Program-made: the position numbers and the translations under genes
In this document: positions 8,029-19,332 of the stretch, piece by piece
Layout: each line of letters opens with the position of its first letter
Numbering within the stretch: position 1 is the first letter of the stretch
Assembly (NCBI GenBank): GCA_044225365.1
Contig: JBGAIQ010000010.1
Coordinates: forward strand, 32,001-96,000
DNA from: Planctomycetota bacterium
GTDB lineage: Bacteria > Planctomycetota > B15-G4 > JADJEK01
Length of the DNA: 64,000 nucleotides
Direction: 5' to 3'
The notes under the pieces: model-generated
What the model saw: only the letters and a program-made list of their open reading frames with translations
Databases searched by the model: none
What the model was told of the DNA's origin: nothing

Positions 8029-9704
8029 GATTCGCAACCTGGTGCGAAGTCGGGATCGCCCTCTCGCTCGGCGGGTCGATGCAGGCGCAGGTCGCCGCGC
8101 CGCCGACCGGCGCTGGAACGGGCATGACTGCGCCACGATCCGAACGCGTCACATTGAGTCTCGATCACGTTCCGCTCTCGAAGGCGCTCGAGTCGTTCGC
8201 GGTCGAGTATCGAATGAACGTCGTCGCCGGCCCGGGGATCGGCGGCGAGGTCACGCTGAACTTGTTCGACGTACCGGTCGAGGACGCGCTGAGGGCGATC
8301 CTCGCGGCGAACGGCTACGGCTACCGTCGCAGCGGCCCCTTCTATCTGATCGCCAAGCTCGATCAGCTCACCGACACTCCGCTCGTCGACCCGCTCGAGA
8401 GTCGGATCGTCTGGCTCGACTACCTGCGCGCCGACGACGCCCTGAAGCTCATCGAACCGCTGAAGTCGAAGGATGGCTCGTTCGTCGCGGGCAGCCCCGC
8501 CGAAGCCGGGCTGAACGAGGATTCGAAGCAAGCGGGCGGGAACTCGCAGGCCGTCGGCGAGGTGCTGCATCTCCACGACAAGCGCTCGGTGATCGACGAC
8601 GTCGTGAAGGTCCTGAAGGAGCTCGACAAGCGCCCGCGTGAAGTGCTCGTCGAAGCCGTCGTCCTCGAAGTGAAGCTCTCGAACGACACGAAGCTCGGGA
8701 TCGATTTCAACACGCTCTCCGGGATCGACTTCAAGGACCTCTCGGGCGTGTCGGATTTCAACAAGGTGCTCACCGCGCCGGTGACGGACGGCAAGACGTT
8801 CGAGAAGGGCGCCGCCAGCGCGGGGACCTTTGGCTTCGCGAACGACGGCAACACGGATGGGCTGCACGTCGGAATCCTCGGCGACAGCGTCGCGGTCTTC
8901 ATCGAGGCGATCGAGCGGGTGACGGACACCACCGTGCTCGCGAGCCCGCGCGTGCTCGCGGTCGATCGCCAGAAGGCCGAGATCATCATCGGATCGAAGT
9001 TGGGGTACAAGTCGACGACCACGACCGAGACCGCCACGGTCGAAGACGTGCAGTTCCTCGACGTCGGAACACAATTGCGATTCCGGCCGTTCATCTCGAG
9101 CGACGGCTTCGTCCGCTTCGAGATCCATCCCGAGAGTTCGACGGGCGTCGTCGATCCGATCTCCGGCCTTCCATCGGAGACCACGACGGAGGTGACGACG
9201 AACGTCGTCGTGAAGGACGGCTCGACGATCGCTCTCGGCGGTCTCATCGGCGACCAGGTCGAGACCGTCACGAAGCAGGTTCCGCTGCTCGGGAGCATCC
9301 CGCTCATCGGGTTCCTGTTCCGTTCGTCGAACGACACGGTCGAGCGCCGCGAGATCATCGTCCTCATGACGCCGCACATCATCGACCCGTCGGCCTCCGA
9401 CGTGGCGACGCTCGCGGAGGCCGACACGATGGCCTCGGCTCGCGATCTCGTCTTGCGCGAGCACCTGCCGCTGTCCCGCGCACGCCTCGCAAAGCCCATC
9501 CTCGAGCGCGCGGAGCAATGCCTTCGCGATGGCGACGCCACCTCTGCAGCAAGACTCGCCGACACCGCACTGTTCCTGATCCCCGCCGACCTGAGGGCCG
9601 TGCGCATCCGCCGCGACGCACTCGCGATGCTCGGCGTGAAGGATCGCGACGCACGCACCCTCGAGGCCCTCGAAGGTCTGAACGCCATGGCCGGGAACCG
9701 CTGA
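8025..9704 (+). CDS. secretin (PilQ/GspD family)
   Basis: Signal peptide, N domain 'VTLNLFDVPVEDAL', 'EVLVEAVVLEV', 'VLASPRVL', 'VVVKDGSTIALGGLI', 'VPLLGSIPLIGFLFRS..ERREIIVLMTPHII'. Confidence 0.95.
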   Translation: MRFATWCEVGIALSLGGSMQAQVAAPPTGAGTGMTAPRSERVTLSLDHVPLSKALESFAVEYRMNVVAGPGIGGEVTLNLFDVPVEDALRAILAANGYGYRRSGPFYLIAKLDQLTDTPLVDPLESRIVWLDYLRADDALKLIEPLKSKDGSFVAGSPAEAGLNEDSKQAGGNSQAVGEVLHLHDKRSVIDDVVKVLKELDKRPREVLVEAVVLEVKLSNDTKLGIDFNTLSGIDFKDLSGVSDFNKVLTAPVTDGKTFEKGAASAGTFGFANDGNTDGLHVGILGDSVAVFIEAIERVTDTTVLASPRVLAVDRQKAEIIIGSKLGYKSTTTTETATVEDVQFLDVGTQLRFRPFISSDGFVRFEIHPESSTGVVDPISGLPSETTTEVTTNVVVKDGSTIALGGLIGDQVETVTKQVPLLGSIPLIGFLFRSSNDTVERREIIVLMTPHIIDPSASDVATLAEADTMASARDLVLREHLPLSRARLAKPILERAEQCLRDGDATSAARLADTALFLIPADLRAVRIRRDALAMLGVKDRDARTLEALEGLNAMAGNR

Positions 9705-9712
9705 GGAAGTCG

Positions 9713-10861
9713 ATGCGAATCCACCCCCTGCTCGTCCTCCTCTCGACGCTCACGACGGCCTGCGCGAACGACGCCGGCAACGGCGGAGGCGACTCCGGCG
9801 ATGCGTTCAAGCCCGCCAACGCGGATCTGCACACTCGCCTCGCCGATCATGCCTACGCCCGCGGCGATCTCTTGCCGGCCCGCGCCAACGCGCGGGAAGC
9901 GCTCCGCATCGATCCGCGTCGCGGCGATGCGGCCAAGATCCTCGCACGTGCCGAGGTCCTGCTCGGTTCCAAGGAAGCTGCGCTCGCGGCTGCTCGCCGC
10001 GCGACGGCCCTCGCCCAGGACGACGCCGACGCGTGGCTCCTACTCTACGATTGCGCCGAGGAAGCCGGCGAATTCGAGGAGGCGAACTCCGCGCTGGAGC
10101 GCTCGGTGGCCCTTGGTTCCGCCGACGCCGGACTCGCCTCCGCGGGTCGAGCGCTCGCGGCCGGGGACGAAGCTCCGATCCGCGACCTGCTCGCGAGCGA
10201 ACCTCGTTCGCACGCCGCCCTCGGGCTCTATGCCGATCGCCTCGCCGCTACTGGCCGCGGCACCGAGGCGATCGCACTCCTCGACGCCGCCTTGGGGAAG
10301 ACTCCGAACGACTCCGCCCTCGCCCTCACGCGCCAGCGAATCTCCATCGACAACGCCGTGATCGCGCCCCCGCGAGAGCTCCGCGAATCGAATTCGCCCG
10401 AATCCATGCTCCTCGACGCGGCGATGCTCCTGAAGCGCGGTGAGGCCTCGAAGGCCGCGGCGGCGTATCGCGAGATCGTGCGCGCCGAACCGACCCACGT
10501 CGTTCCGCGCATCTGCCTCGGAGAAGCACTGCTCGCGATGAACGACCACCTCGGCGCCGTCGCGGCGTTCGAGTCGGCGCTCGAGATCGACTCGCACGAT
10601 CTCGACGCATTGCTCGGCATCGCCCGCGCGCATCTCGTTCGCGGAGCGTACGAGGACGCCCTGACGACACTCGACCGCGCGAACCTCGTCGCGCCCGATC
10701 GCCTCGCGGTCCACGGCCTCCTGGTCGCCGCGGCGCATGGCGCCGGCGATGTGAAGCGGGCAACGGCGGAAGCGATCGCCGTTCGGCGCATCGATCCCGG
10801 CGGAGCGATCGACCTGCGTTGCCGGGAGATCCTCGCAACGAAGGCGGAACGGCCGAAATGA
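9713..10861 (+). CDS. TPR lipoprotein (possible pilotin)
   Basis: Lipobox-like LTTAC, multiple TPR helices; directly follows the secretin. Confidence 0.75.
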   Translation: MRIHPLLVLLSTLTTACANDAGNGGGDSGDAFKPANADLHTRLADHAYARGDLLPARANAREALRIDPRRGDAAKILARAEVLLGSKEAALAAARRATALAQDDADAWLLLYDCAEEAGEFEEANSALERSVALGSADAGLASAGRALAAGDEAPIRDLLASEPRSHAALGLYADRLAATGRGTEAIALLDAALGKTPNDSALALTRQRISIDNAVIAPPRELRESNSPESMLLDAAMLLKRGEASKAAAAYREIVRAEPTHVVPRICLGEALLAMNDHLGAVAAFESALEIDSHDLDALLGIARAHLVRGAYEDALTTLDRANLVAPDRLAVHGLLVAAAHGAGDVKRATAEAIAVRRIDPGGAIDLRCREILATKAERPK

Positions 10862-12354
10862 CCACGACGCCGCTCCGAGTGATGAGCACGATCCTCGCCG
10901 CGATCGGCGCCGCGGCGGCTTCGTGCGCCTTCGGTCTTGGCTCGCCGCCGATCGGGGCCGGAATCGCGGGGGCGCTCGTGACCGTTGGCGGTGTCGTCGC
11001 GACGGCGCTGCTCGGTCGCCCCAGCGCGGCGGAGATCGCGCGCTTTCGCGCCCACCTCGAGCAGGCCGCCCCTTCGGCGGGATCGACCTTGGAGCGCACC
11101 GACTCGTTCAGGGGACACGGCGAACCCTTCGACACTCTCGCGCTGATCGCGACCGACGTCATCGCCACATTGCGAGCCGAACTCGAGACCAAGGGAGCCG
11201 ATGCGAGAAGGGCTCGCCTCGCCGCGCGTGGCCTGAAGACCGAGCATGCCGCATTCTCCGCGCTCTTGGACAATCTCGGCGACGGCATCGTCCTGTTCGA
11301 TCCCTCGCACACTCCGGTGATCGCGAATCGCGCAGCGCGACGTTTCTTCGGCCTCCAGGAAGGCACCCACGACGCTCCGTTGCCGAGCGACCTGTCCGCC
11401 GCGATCCCGCGGGCAACGCTCCGCGCTCCGCTCGAACGAGCGCTGAAGTTCGCCGACCCGGAGTCGCGCGCGTCCCGCACGATCGACGCCTCCGACTCGA
11501 AGGAGCGACTCGTCCTGCACGTGCAGTTCCAGGAGATCGCGGATGCGCGCTTCGAGAAGGACGATGCGAGATCGCTCGCGGTCGTGCTGCGCGACGTCAC
11601 GCGAGAGGTGGATCTCGATCGCATGAAGTCCGACTTCGCGTCGAGTGTCTCGCACGAGCTGAAGACGCCGTTGTGCTCGATGCGAGCCTTCCTCGAGATG
11701 CTGATCGATGGCGACATCGAGGGCGAGGAGGCGCAGCGCGAGCACCTGCGCCTCGTGCTCGATCAGACCGATCGACTCACGCGGCTGATCCAGAACCTGC
11801 TGAACCTCTCGCGTCTCGAAGCGGGCATCACCCGCATGGCGCGCGAGCCGATCGCGCTTCCCGATCTCCTGCGTCGAATCGAGGACATCGCAGCGCCCCT
11901 TGCGAGATCGCGGCGCCAGCGACTCGCTTTCGAGGTCTCGTCGTTCCTGCCGACCGTGACGGGGGACGCTTCGTTGCTCGAACAAGGCGTGCTGAACCTC
12001 GTGAGCAACGCAATCAAGTACACGCCCGAGGGCGGCTCGATCCGCGTGGTCGCCGCACTGCTCGGTCGCGAGGTCGAGATCCGCGTGATCGATACCGGCG
12101 TCGGAATTCCGGCATCGGCGCTCGATCTGATCTTCGAGAAGTTCACGAGGATCGAGAACAACGCCGGGCTCAAGGCGACCGGGACCGGACTCGGACTCCC
12201 GCTCGCGCGATTCGTCGCCGAGGCCCACGGCGGTCGGATCAAGGTCTCCTCCGAAGTCGGCAAGGGCAGCGAATTCCGCATGACGCTTCCTCTGCGGCGC
12301 GCGACCGACGACCACGAAGCCGTACTCGTTGGACTGGAAGGAATCGGACGATGA
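10858..12354 (+). CDS. membrane PAS-domain sensor histidine kinase
   Basis: Two N-terminal TMs, PAS-like 'LLDNLGDGIVLFD..IANRAA', H-box 'SVSHELKTPL', N-box 'NLVSNAIKYT', G-boxes 'DTGVGIP' and 'GTGLGL'. Confidence 0.95.
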   Translation: MTTTPLRVMSTILAAIGAAAASCAFGLGSPPIGAGIAGALVTVGGVVATALLGRPSAAEIARFRAHLEQAAPSAGSTLERTDSFRGHGEPFDTLALIATDVIATLRAELETKGADARRARLAARGLKTEHAAFSALLDNLGDGIVLFDPSHTPVIANRAARRFFGLQEGTHDAPLPSDLSAAIPRATLRAPLERALKFADPESRASRTIDASDSKERLVLHVQFQEIADARFEKDDARSLAVVLRDVTREVDLDRMKSDFASSVSHELKTPLCSMRAFLEMLIDGDIEGEEAQREHLRLVLDQTDRLTRLIQNLLNLSRLEAGITRMAREPIALPDLLRRIEDIAAPLARSRRQRLAFEVSSFLPTVTGDASLLEQGVLNLVSNAIKYTPEGGSIRVVAALLGREVEIRVIDTGVGIPASALDLIFEKFTRIENNAGLKATGTGLGLPLARFVAEAHGGRIKVSSEVGKGSEFRMTLPLRRATDDHEAVLVGLEGIGR

Positions 12355-12785
12355 CCAGCGCTCCACATCCCGGCAAGCCACGAATCCTCGTCGCCGACGA
12401 CGACCCGTCGATCCGTCACGCCGTACGTCTCAAACTCGAGCGCGCGGGCCTCGACGTCGTAGTTGCGGAGGACGGCGAGACTGCCCTTCGCTCCGCCCTC
12501 GAGTGCGAGCCCGACCTCTTCATCCTCGACGTCAGCATGCCGTACATGACGGGTTACGACCTCTGCCGAGAGCTGCGCCGGACCGAGCGCTTCAAGGCGA
12601 GCCCCGTGATCATCCTCACGGCGATGGAGCAAGGCATCGAGGCCGCGCTCGCGGCCGAACTCGGGGTCGTGCGGTTCATGACGAAACCCTTCTCACCGCG
12701 CGAGCTGCTGGAGAACGCACAACAGCTCCTGGCTTCGCCCGACCCGAACAGCCCCGTTGGTACGCCCCTCGGAGGAGCCACGTGA
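12351..12785 (+). CDS. single-domain response regulator (CheY-like)
   Basis: 'ILVADDD', 'FILDVSMP', 'IILTA', 'MTKPFSPREL'; no output domain. Confidence 0.93.
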   Translation: MTSAPHPGKPRILVADDDPSIRHAVRLKLERAGLDVVVAEDGETALRSALECEPDLFILDVSMPYMTGYDLCRELRRTERFKASPVIILTAMEQGIEAALAAELGVVRFMTKPFSPRELLENAQQLLASPDPNSPVGTPLGGAT

Positions 12786-13636
12786 ATCGAAGCGAGGATC
12801 TCCAAAGGAACTCGCTGTTCGTGATTCGCGCCGCACTGGTCGGCGCCGCGATCGGCACCCTCCTCGCGATCCTGCTCGAACGCGGGCTTCCCCGCCTGTC
12901 CGCCGCTCTCGTGTGTGCCACGACCACTGCGTGCTACGCCATCGCAACGCGCAATCGGGAGGCCGGTCTCGTACGCCGCCTCGTCGCGCTCGAGAACGAA
13001 TCGCTCGAACTGAGGCGTACCGTCTTCCATCTCAAGAAGGGCTCTCGAGGGCCGAGCGATGAGACGGTGATGCCGGGTGGGCGCGACTCGCGGGAGGCCC
13101 TGCTCGCGGCCACCGTCCTCGCGATCTCCTCCGAGCTGAACGAAACGCGCGTCCTCGAGAGCGCGGCGCGCGGCGTGCTGGCCTCGACCGGCGCGCGCGA
13201 GGTCGCGATCTTCCCCCACGATCGACGTACCGACCGATTCGTACGCGGCTTCGTCGCCCGCGCCGCCGAGTCCCCAGCGGGCGGATTCGATGTCCTTGCG
13301 GCGGTCCCGACGGCCACCGAGGAGCCCGCGATGCGCACGGCATTGAGGCGTCGGCAACGCGTCGGTTCGCACGATGGCGATTCCACGAGCAAGGCGGCGT
13401 TCGACGTCGCCGGCGGCGACCTCGTCGCCGTCGCGCCGCTCTACGATCGCGCCATCACGTGCGGGGTCGTCGTCGTACGTGGCGAGGTCGAACCGCTTCG
13501 CCTCGCGGCGCTCGACGGCATCGCGGCGGCGACGTCGCTCGCGCTCACCAACGCGCGGCTGCGCAGCAGCGTCGCGAGCCACGACGAGGCGCGTGCGGAT
13601 CTTCCTACGAAGGGCAAGGCGGACCTCCATGCGTAG
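12782..13636 (+). CDS. membrane-anchored GAF-domain protein without output domain
   Basis: Two TMs, coiled coil, GAF-like 'VAPLYDRAITCGVVVV...LALTNARL'; ends shortly after the GAF. GTG start overlaps the regulator stop. Confidence 0.7.
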   Translation: MNRSEDLQRNSLFVIRAALVGAAIGTLLAILLERGLPRLSAALVCATTTACYAIATRNREAGLVRRLVALENESLELRRTVFHLKKGSRGPSDETVMPGGRDSREALLAATVLAISSELNETRVLESAARGVLASTGAREVAIFPHDRRTDRFVRGFVARAAESPAGGFDVLAAVPTATEEPAMRTALRRRQRVGSHDGDSTSKAAFDVAGGDLVAVAPLYDRAITCGVVVVRGEVEPLRLAALDGIAAATSLALTNARLRSSVASHDEARADLPTKGKADLHA

Positions 13637-13972
13637 CCCCGAAGAACGCATCGGCCAGGTCGTCGTGTTGAGGCTCGACCATCCGATCGACCGCGATCAC
13701 GTTCGCGAACTCGAATCCTGGACGAAGGAGAAACTGCGCGCCGGCGAACGCCTCCTCGTGTGGCATTGCGGCAAGACGCTCTTCTTCGACAGCGTCGGCC
13801 TCGAAGCCGTCCTCGCGATCACTCGCGAGGCCGCGGCGCAGAGTGCACGCTTCGCCCTTTGCAACCTCAACGCCGATTGCTCGACGACGCTGCGCGTCAC
13901 GCGACTCGAGCGCGCGATCGAACACTACCTGACCCTCGAGGACGCGCTGAAGGCCCTGCGCGGGAGGGCTGC

Positions 13973-13976
<4 letters not shown>
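13629..13976 (+). CDS. STAS-domain protein (anti-anti-sigma-like)
   Basis: 'VVVLRLD', 'FFDSVGLEAVL' (phospho-Ser motif), 'LRVTRL', 'TLEDALKAL'. Confidence 0.85.
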
Positions 13977-15705
<1,729 letters not shown>

Positions 15706-15709
<4 letters not shown>

Positions 15710-16965
15710 ATCGTGAAGACCCGCCGTTCGCGCGTTCGTCGACGCGACCGCTGCCGCGTCTCGATGCCATGCATCGACGACCGGTCCCGGCCGCGACGGC
15801 GGAGCTTCGGGCGCTCGCAAACGTCCGTCACGGCGCTCAGATCCTGAAGGACAAGGCCGGCGCCCGGAACGACGATTCGACGAGCGGACTCCTCCACCAA
15901 ACCACCGAGACCCGAGCCGTCCCGGGTCCCATCCGCCCGCGCGACAAGCTCTTCTTCTTCGCCCAGCTCTCGGTGATGATCGGCGCGGGCGTACCGATCG
16001 CGGTCGCCCTCGAGGGCATCGCGCGTCAGAGCGATCGATTGCGCCTGCGAAAGGTGCTCCTCGCGGTCCTCGCGCACGTCGAGGACGGCGGCTCCTTGTC
16101 GTCGGGCCTCGCGAACCACCCCGCGATCTTCGAGTCGCAAGCCATCCAACTCGTGCATGCCGGCGAGACGTGCGGCGATCTACCGACCATGCTGACGCGC
16201 ATCTGTCGCCTCCTGGAGCGCGACTACGAGATGCGCAAGAAGCTGAAGTCTGCGCTCACCTATCCACTCGTGATGGTCGCGCTCGCGATCACCACGATCG
16301 GATTTCTCTTCGGCTTCATCCTCCCGCGTTTCCGCACCCTCTACGCGGGCCGCGAGAACGTCTTGCCGAAACCCACCAAGCTGCTCATGGCCGCCGGCGA
16401 TTTCGTCGCCGCCTATTGGATGGTCCTCGCAGGAATCGCCGTCGTCCTGATCACCGCCGCGATCGTCTTCGCGCGCTCCGAACGCGGGAAGACGATCCTC
16501 GATCGGACCGCGCTCTTCCTGCCGATCGTCGGCAACGTGCTGCGTCGCTTCTCGCTCGCCCGCTCGGTGCGCACGCTCGGAGCGCTGCTCCACGGCGGCG
16601 TGCCGATCGTCTCGGCACTCGAGATCGCCCGCGATCTCGCGAGCAATCGGACCCTGCGCGACAGTTGGGAGTACGTGCGATTGCGGGTGAAGGACGGCGG
16701 ACGCATCTACGAGGGCATGGCGGGTCAGGAGTGGTTCCCCGGAACCCTCGTGCAGATGACGGCAATGGGCGAGTCGAGCGGTGCTCTCGAGTCGGTCCTG
16801 GTCCAGGTCGGCGAGTTCTACGACCGCGAGGCCGAGGTCGCCGTCGCCGATGCCACCGCGCTGCTCGAGCCCCTGATGGTCGTCGTCGTCGGTGTCGTCG
16901 TCGGCTTCATCGCGATGTCGATCATGCTCCCGATCTTCAACGTCACGAAGCTGGTGCATCACTGA
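15706..16965 (+). CDS. pilC: PilC/GspF inner-membrane platform protein
   Basis: Two T2SSF repeats ('QLSVMIGAGVP', 'ALTYP', 'GESSG.L', 'LLEPLM', 'LPIF'). Start uncertain (TTG 15706 or ATG 15769). Confidence 0.95.
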
Positions 16966-16966
16966 C

Positions 16967-18154
16967 ATGGCTCGCACGACGAAAAACCCCGGGCGCAGGT
17001 CGCAGGAGAACCGTGATCGCGGATTCTCCGCCGCCGAGATGTTGCTCGTCGTCGCTCTGTCCGGAGTCGTCTTCGTCGGGCTCGCGGCGTTGATCGACGT
17101 CCCGCAGAGGATGGCGGAGCGCGAGAATCATGGCACGCCCTCCATCGCGAGCGCCGACACCGCACTCGCGACGCTCGACCAGGACGTGCGCTACGCCACG
17201 ACCGTTCGCGTTCCGAGCGCGACGCGCGTCGAAGCGGATCAGGCCGACGGCCGCACGATCGCCTGGGAGATCGTCGGTGGAGCAGAGAAGGTGCTCGAGC
17301 GCACGGCCGACGGCTCGACCGTACCGATCCTCCGCAACATCGCGGCAGGTTCGTTCGCTCTCGAGACCGCCCGGACGGTCCGCCGGCACGACGAGTCACG
17401 CGCCCTCGCGACGGCGGCCGTGTCCGTCGCATCGTTCAATGCTTTCGCCTTGCGCTCTGGTTACGCATTCGGTGCAGGTGGCCGCGGAGTGACGGGAGTC
17501 TCGGTCGTATCGGGTCAGAACGACATCGACTCCGTTCATACGGTTGGGATCTACTTCGCCCCGGGTTCGCTCGGCGGTGATCGCGGCGTGCCGACCGCGA
17601 TTCGCCTCAAACTCCAGCGCAACGGCTCCGAGGATCTCTTGCTGCAGATCTTCGAAGCGAGTCCAACCACGCGCCTTCCGAATCGCTCGGTGATCGTCGC
17701 GAATGGGCGCCTCTACAATCGTCAGATCCCGCTCGCACTCTCCGACGTCTCCGTACCGCTCGCGATGACGAAGAAGCTCGATCCGAGCAAGTCGTACTTC
17801 GTCGAGATGCACGCGCGCGGCGGCGCCGCGGCGAAGATCGACACGCAGACGCTGTCGGTTCCAGCCGCGGCGCAATCGGCTGCGAGTACGTTCTTCTACT
17901 CGAACGATGGCGGCACGAGTTACGCGGCGCTCGGCTCGAGCAACGACGCGAGTCAGACTCGCTTCACGTTCGACGCCTTGAAGGTCTCCATCACCACGGC
18001 TCCGGACGACGCCGACGGGCTTCCACCGGGATTCGACGCGGTCGACGTCGGAATCGGCGTCGTCCTCCACTTCACATTGTCGACCGCGGAGGGACCCGAG
18101 TCACTCGCGACCACCGTTCCGATCGTCAACAACCTTCCGATCGTGAACCCCTAG
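16967..18154 (+). CDS. minor prepilin (PilW/GspJ-like) with large beta-rich insertion
   Basis: RG|FSAAEMLLVVALSGVVF with Glu at +5. Confidence 0.75.
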   Translation: MARTTKNPGRRSQENRDRGFSAAEMLLVVALSGVVFVGLAALIDVPQRMAERENHGTPSIASADTALATLDQDVRYATTVRVPSATRVEADQADGRTIAWEIVGGAEKVLERTADGSTVPILRNIAAGSFALETARTVRRHDESRALATAAVSVASFNAFALRSGYAFGAGGRGVTGVSVVSGQNDIDSVHTVGIYFAPGSLGGDRGVPTAIRLKLQRNGSEDLLLQIFEASPTTRLPNRSVIVANGRLYNRQIPLALSDVSVPLAMTKKLDPSKSYFVEMHARGGAAAKIDTQTLSVPAAAQSAASTFFYSNDGGTSYAALGSSNDASQTRFTFDALKVSITTAPDDADGLPPGFDAVDVGIGVVLHFTLSTAEGPESLATTVPIVNNLPIVNP

Positions 18155-18168
18155 GTGGATGGTCTCAC

Positions 18169-19332
18169 ATGAAACCGCGGCGCGAACACGGCTCGGCGCT
18201 CATCCTCGCCCTCCTCATCTCGGCCTCCGCCGCGATCGCCGGGATGTGGATGGTGCTCACCACCGATCTGCGCGCGCGCGCGAATCGTTACCTCGCCCGC
18301 GCCGCCGACTCGACGCGCAACGCCGAGAGCGGACTCGAGATCGCGCGCGTCGAGCTCGGCAAGGACGCGGGATGGAGCGGGATCACGTGTGGCCTCGGCG
18401 CGAGTGATGCCGGGGAGGTCACGGTCCTCGCGACACCCGCCGGTGTGTATCGCTCGTCGGTGCACTCCATCGGCAAGCTCGGCGAGACGCTGCAGTCGAT
18501 CACCGCCGAGTTGCGCGCCCCGGCCCATGCGTCGCTCTCGTTCAACGTGGTCTCCGCCAGTACGATCACGATCGACGATGCGGTGCTTGGCGGCCACCTG
18601 CGCGCCAACGGCTCGGTGATCGCGACGGGCGACGTCTCCTTCAACGGCACTTTGGAGACCTCGACGGGTTCGACCGTCACGAGCGCGATTCCCTCGTCGC
18701 AGGTCGCCTACGTGTCCTCCGCGATCGCGCCGCCGACGGTCGACATCAACGGTCTCGCCGCCCGGTGCACGCCGCTCGTCGGTGTCCCCTACTCGGCGGC
18801 CGACCAGGCCCTGCTCATCGAGCGCGTCCGCCTCTCCCCCGCGTCCGATCCCTATGGCGGCGTCAATGCCGCGGGCGCCTACGTTCTCGATGCCGGAGGC
18901 AAGGCCGTCGTGCTGCGCGACTCGTGCATCGTGGGAATGTTGATCGTGACGGATGCGGCCGTCGTGCGGGTCGAGAACGCATACCGACACGAGCGCGCCG
19001 ATGCCTCGCTGCCATCCCTCCTCGCCGATTGCGACCTCGAGCTGCGTGCGTGCGGCACGCTCGACGAGGCCGCGCTCCAGGTCGACATGAACGGCGACGG
19101 CGACATGTCCGACGTCCTTCCCTCGGAGCTCGACGGAATCGTCCTGTCGAAGGGCAAACTCACGCTCGCGTCCACCGCGATCGTGAAGGGCGTCGCGATG
19201 GGACAGACCGTGGCGATCGGCAGCGCGCCGACGCTGACGGACGAAGCGCAGCTCGCGACGACCCCGGTGCGCGAGTTCATCGCCGCCGGAGCCTTCGAGA
19301 TCGTCGCCGGCAGCGTCGGAGATCAGGGATGA
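18169..19332 (+). CDS. PilX/GspK-like minor pilin
   Basis: HG|SALILALL (no E5), 'AESGLEIA' PilX-N motif, beta-helix-like G/V/T-rich C-terminal part. Confidence 0.75.
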   Translation: MKPRREHGSALILALLISASAAIAGMWMVLTTDLRARANRYLARAADSTRNAESGLEIARVELGKDAGWSGITCGLGASDAGEVTVLATPAGVYRSSVHSIGKLGETLQSITAELRAPAHASLSFNVVSASTITIDDAVLGGHLRANGSVIATGDVSFNGTLETSTGSTVTSAIPSSQVAYVSSAIAPPTVDINGLAARCTPLVGVPYSAADQALLIERVRLSPASDPYGGVNAAGAYVLDAGGKAVVLRDSCIVGMLIVTDAAVVRVENAYRHERADASLPSLLADCDLELRACGTLDEAALQVDMNGDGDMSDVLPSELDGIVLSKGKLTLASTAIVKGVAMGQTVAIGSAPTLTDEAQLATTPVREFIAAGAFEIVAGSVGDQG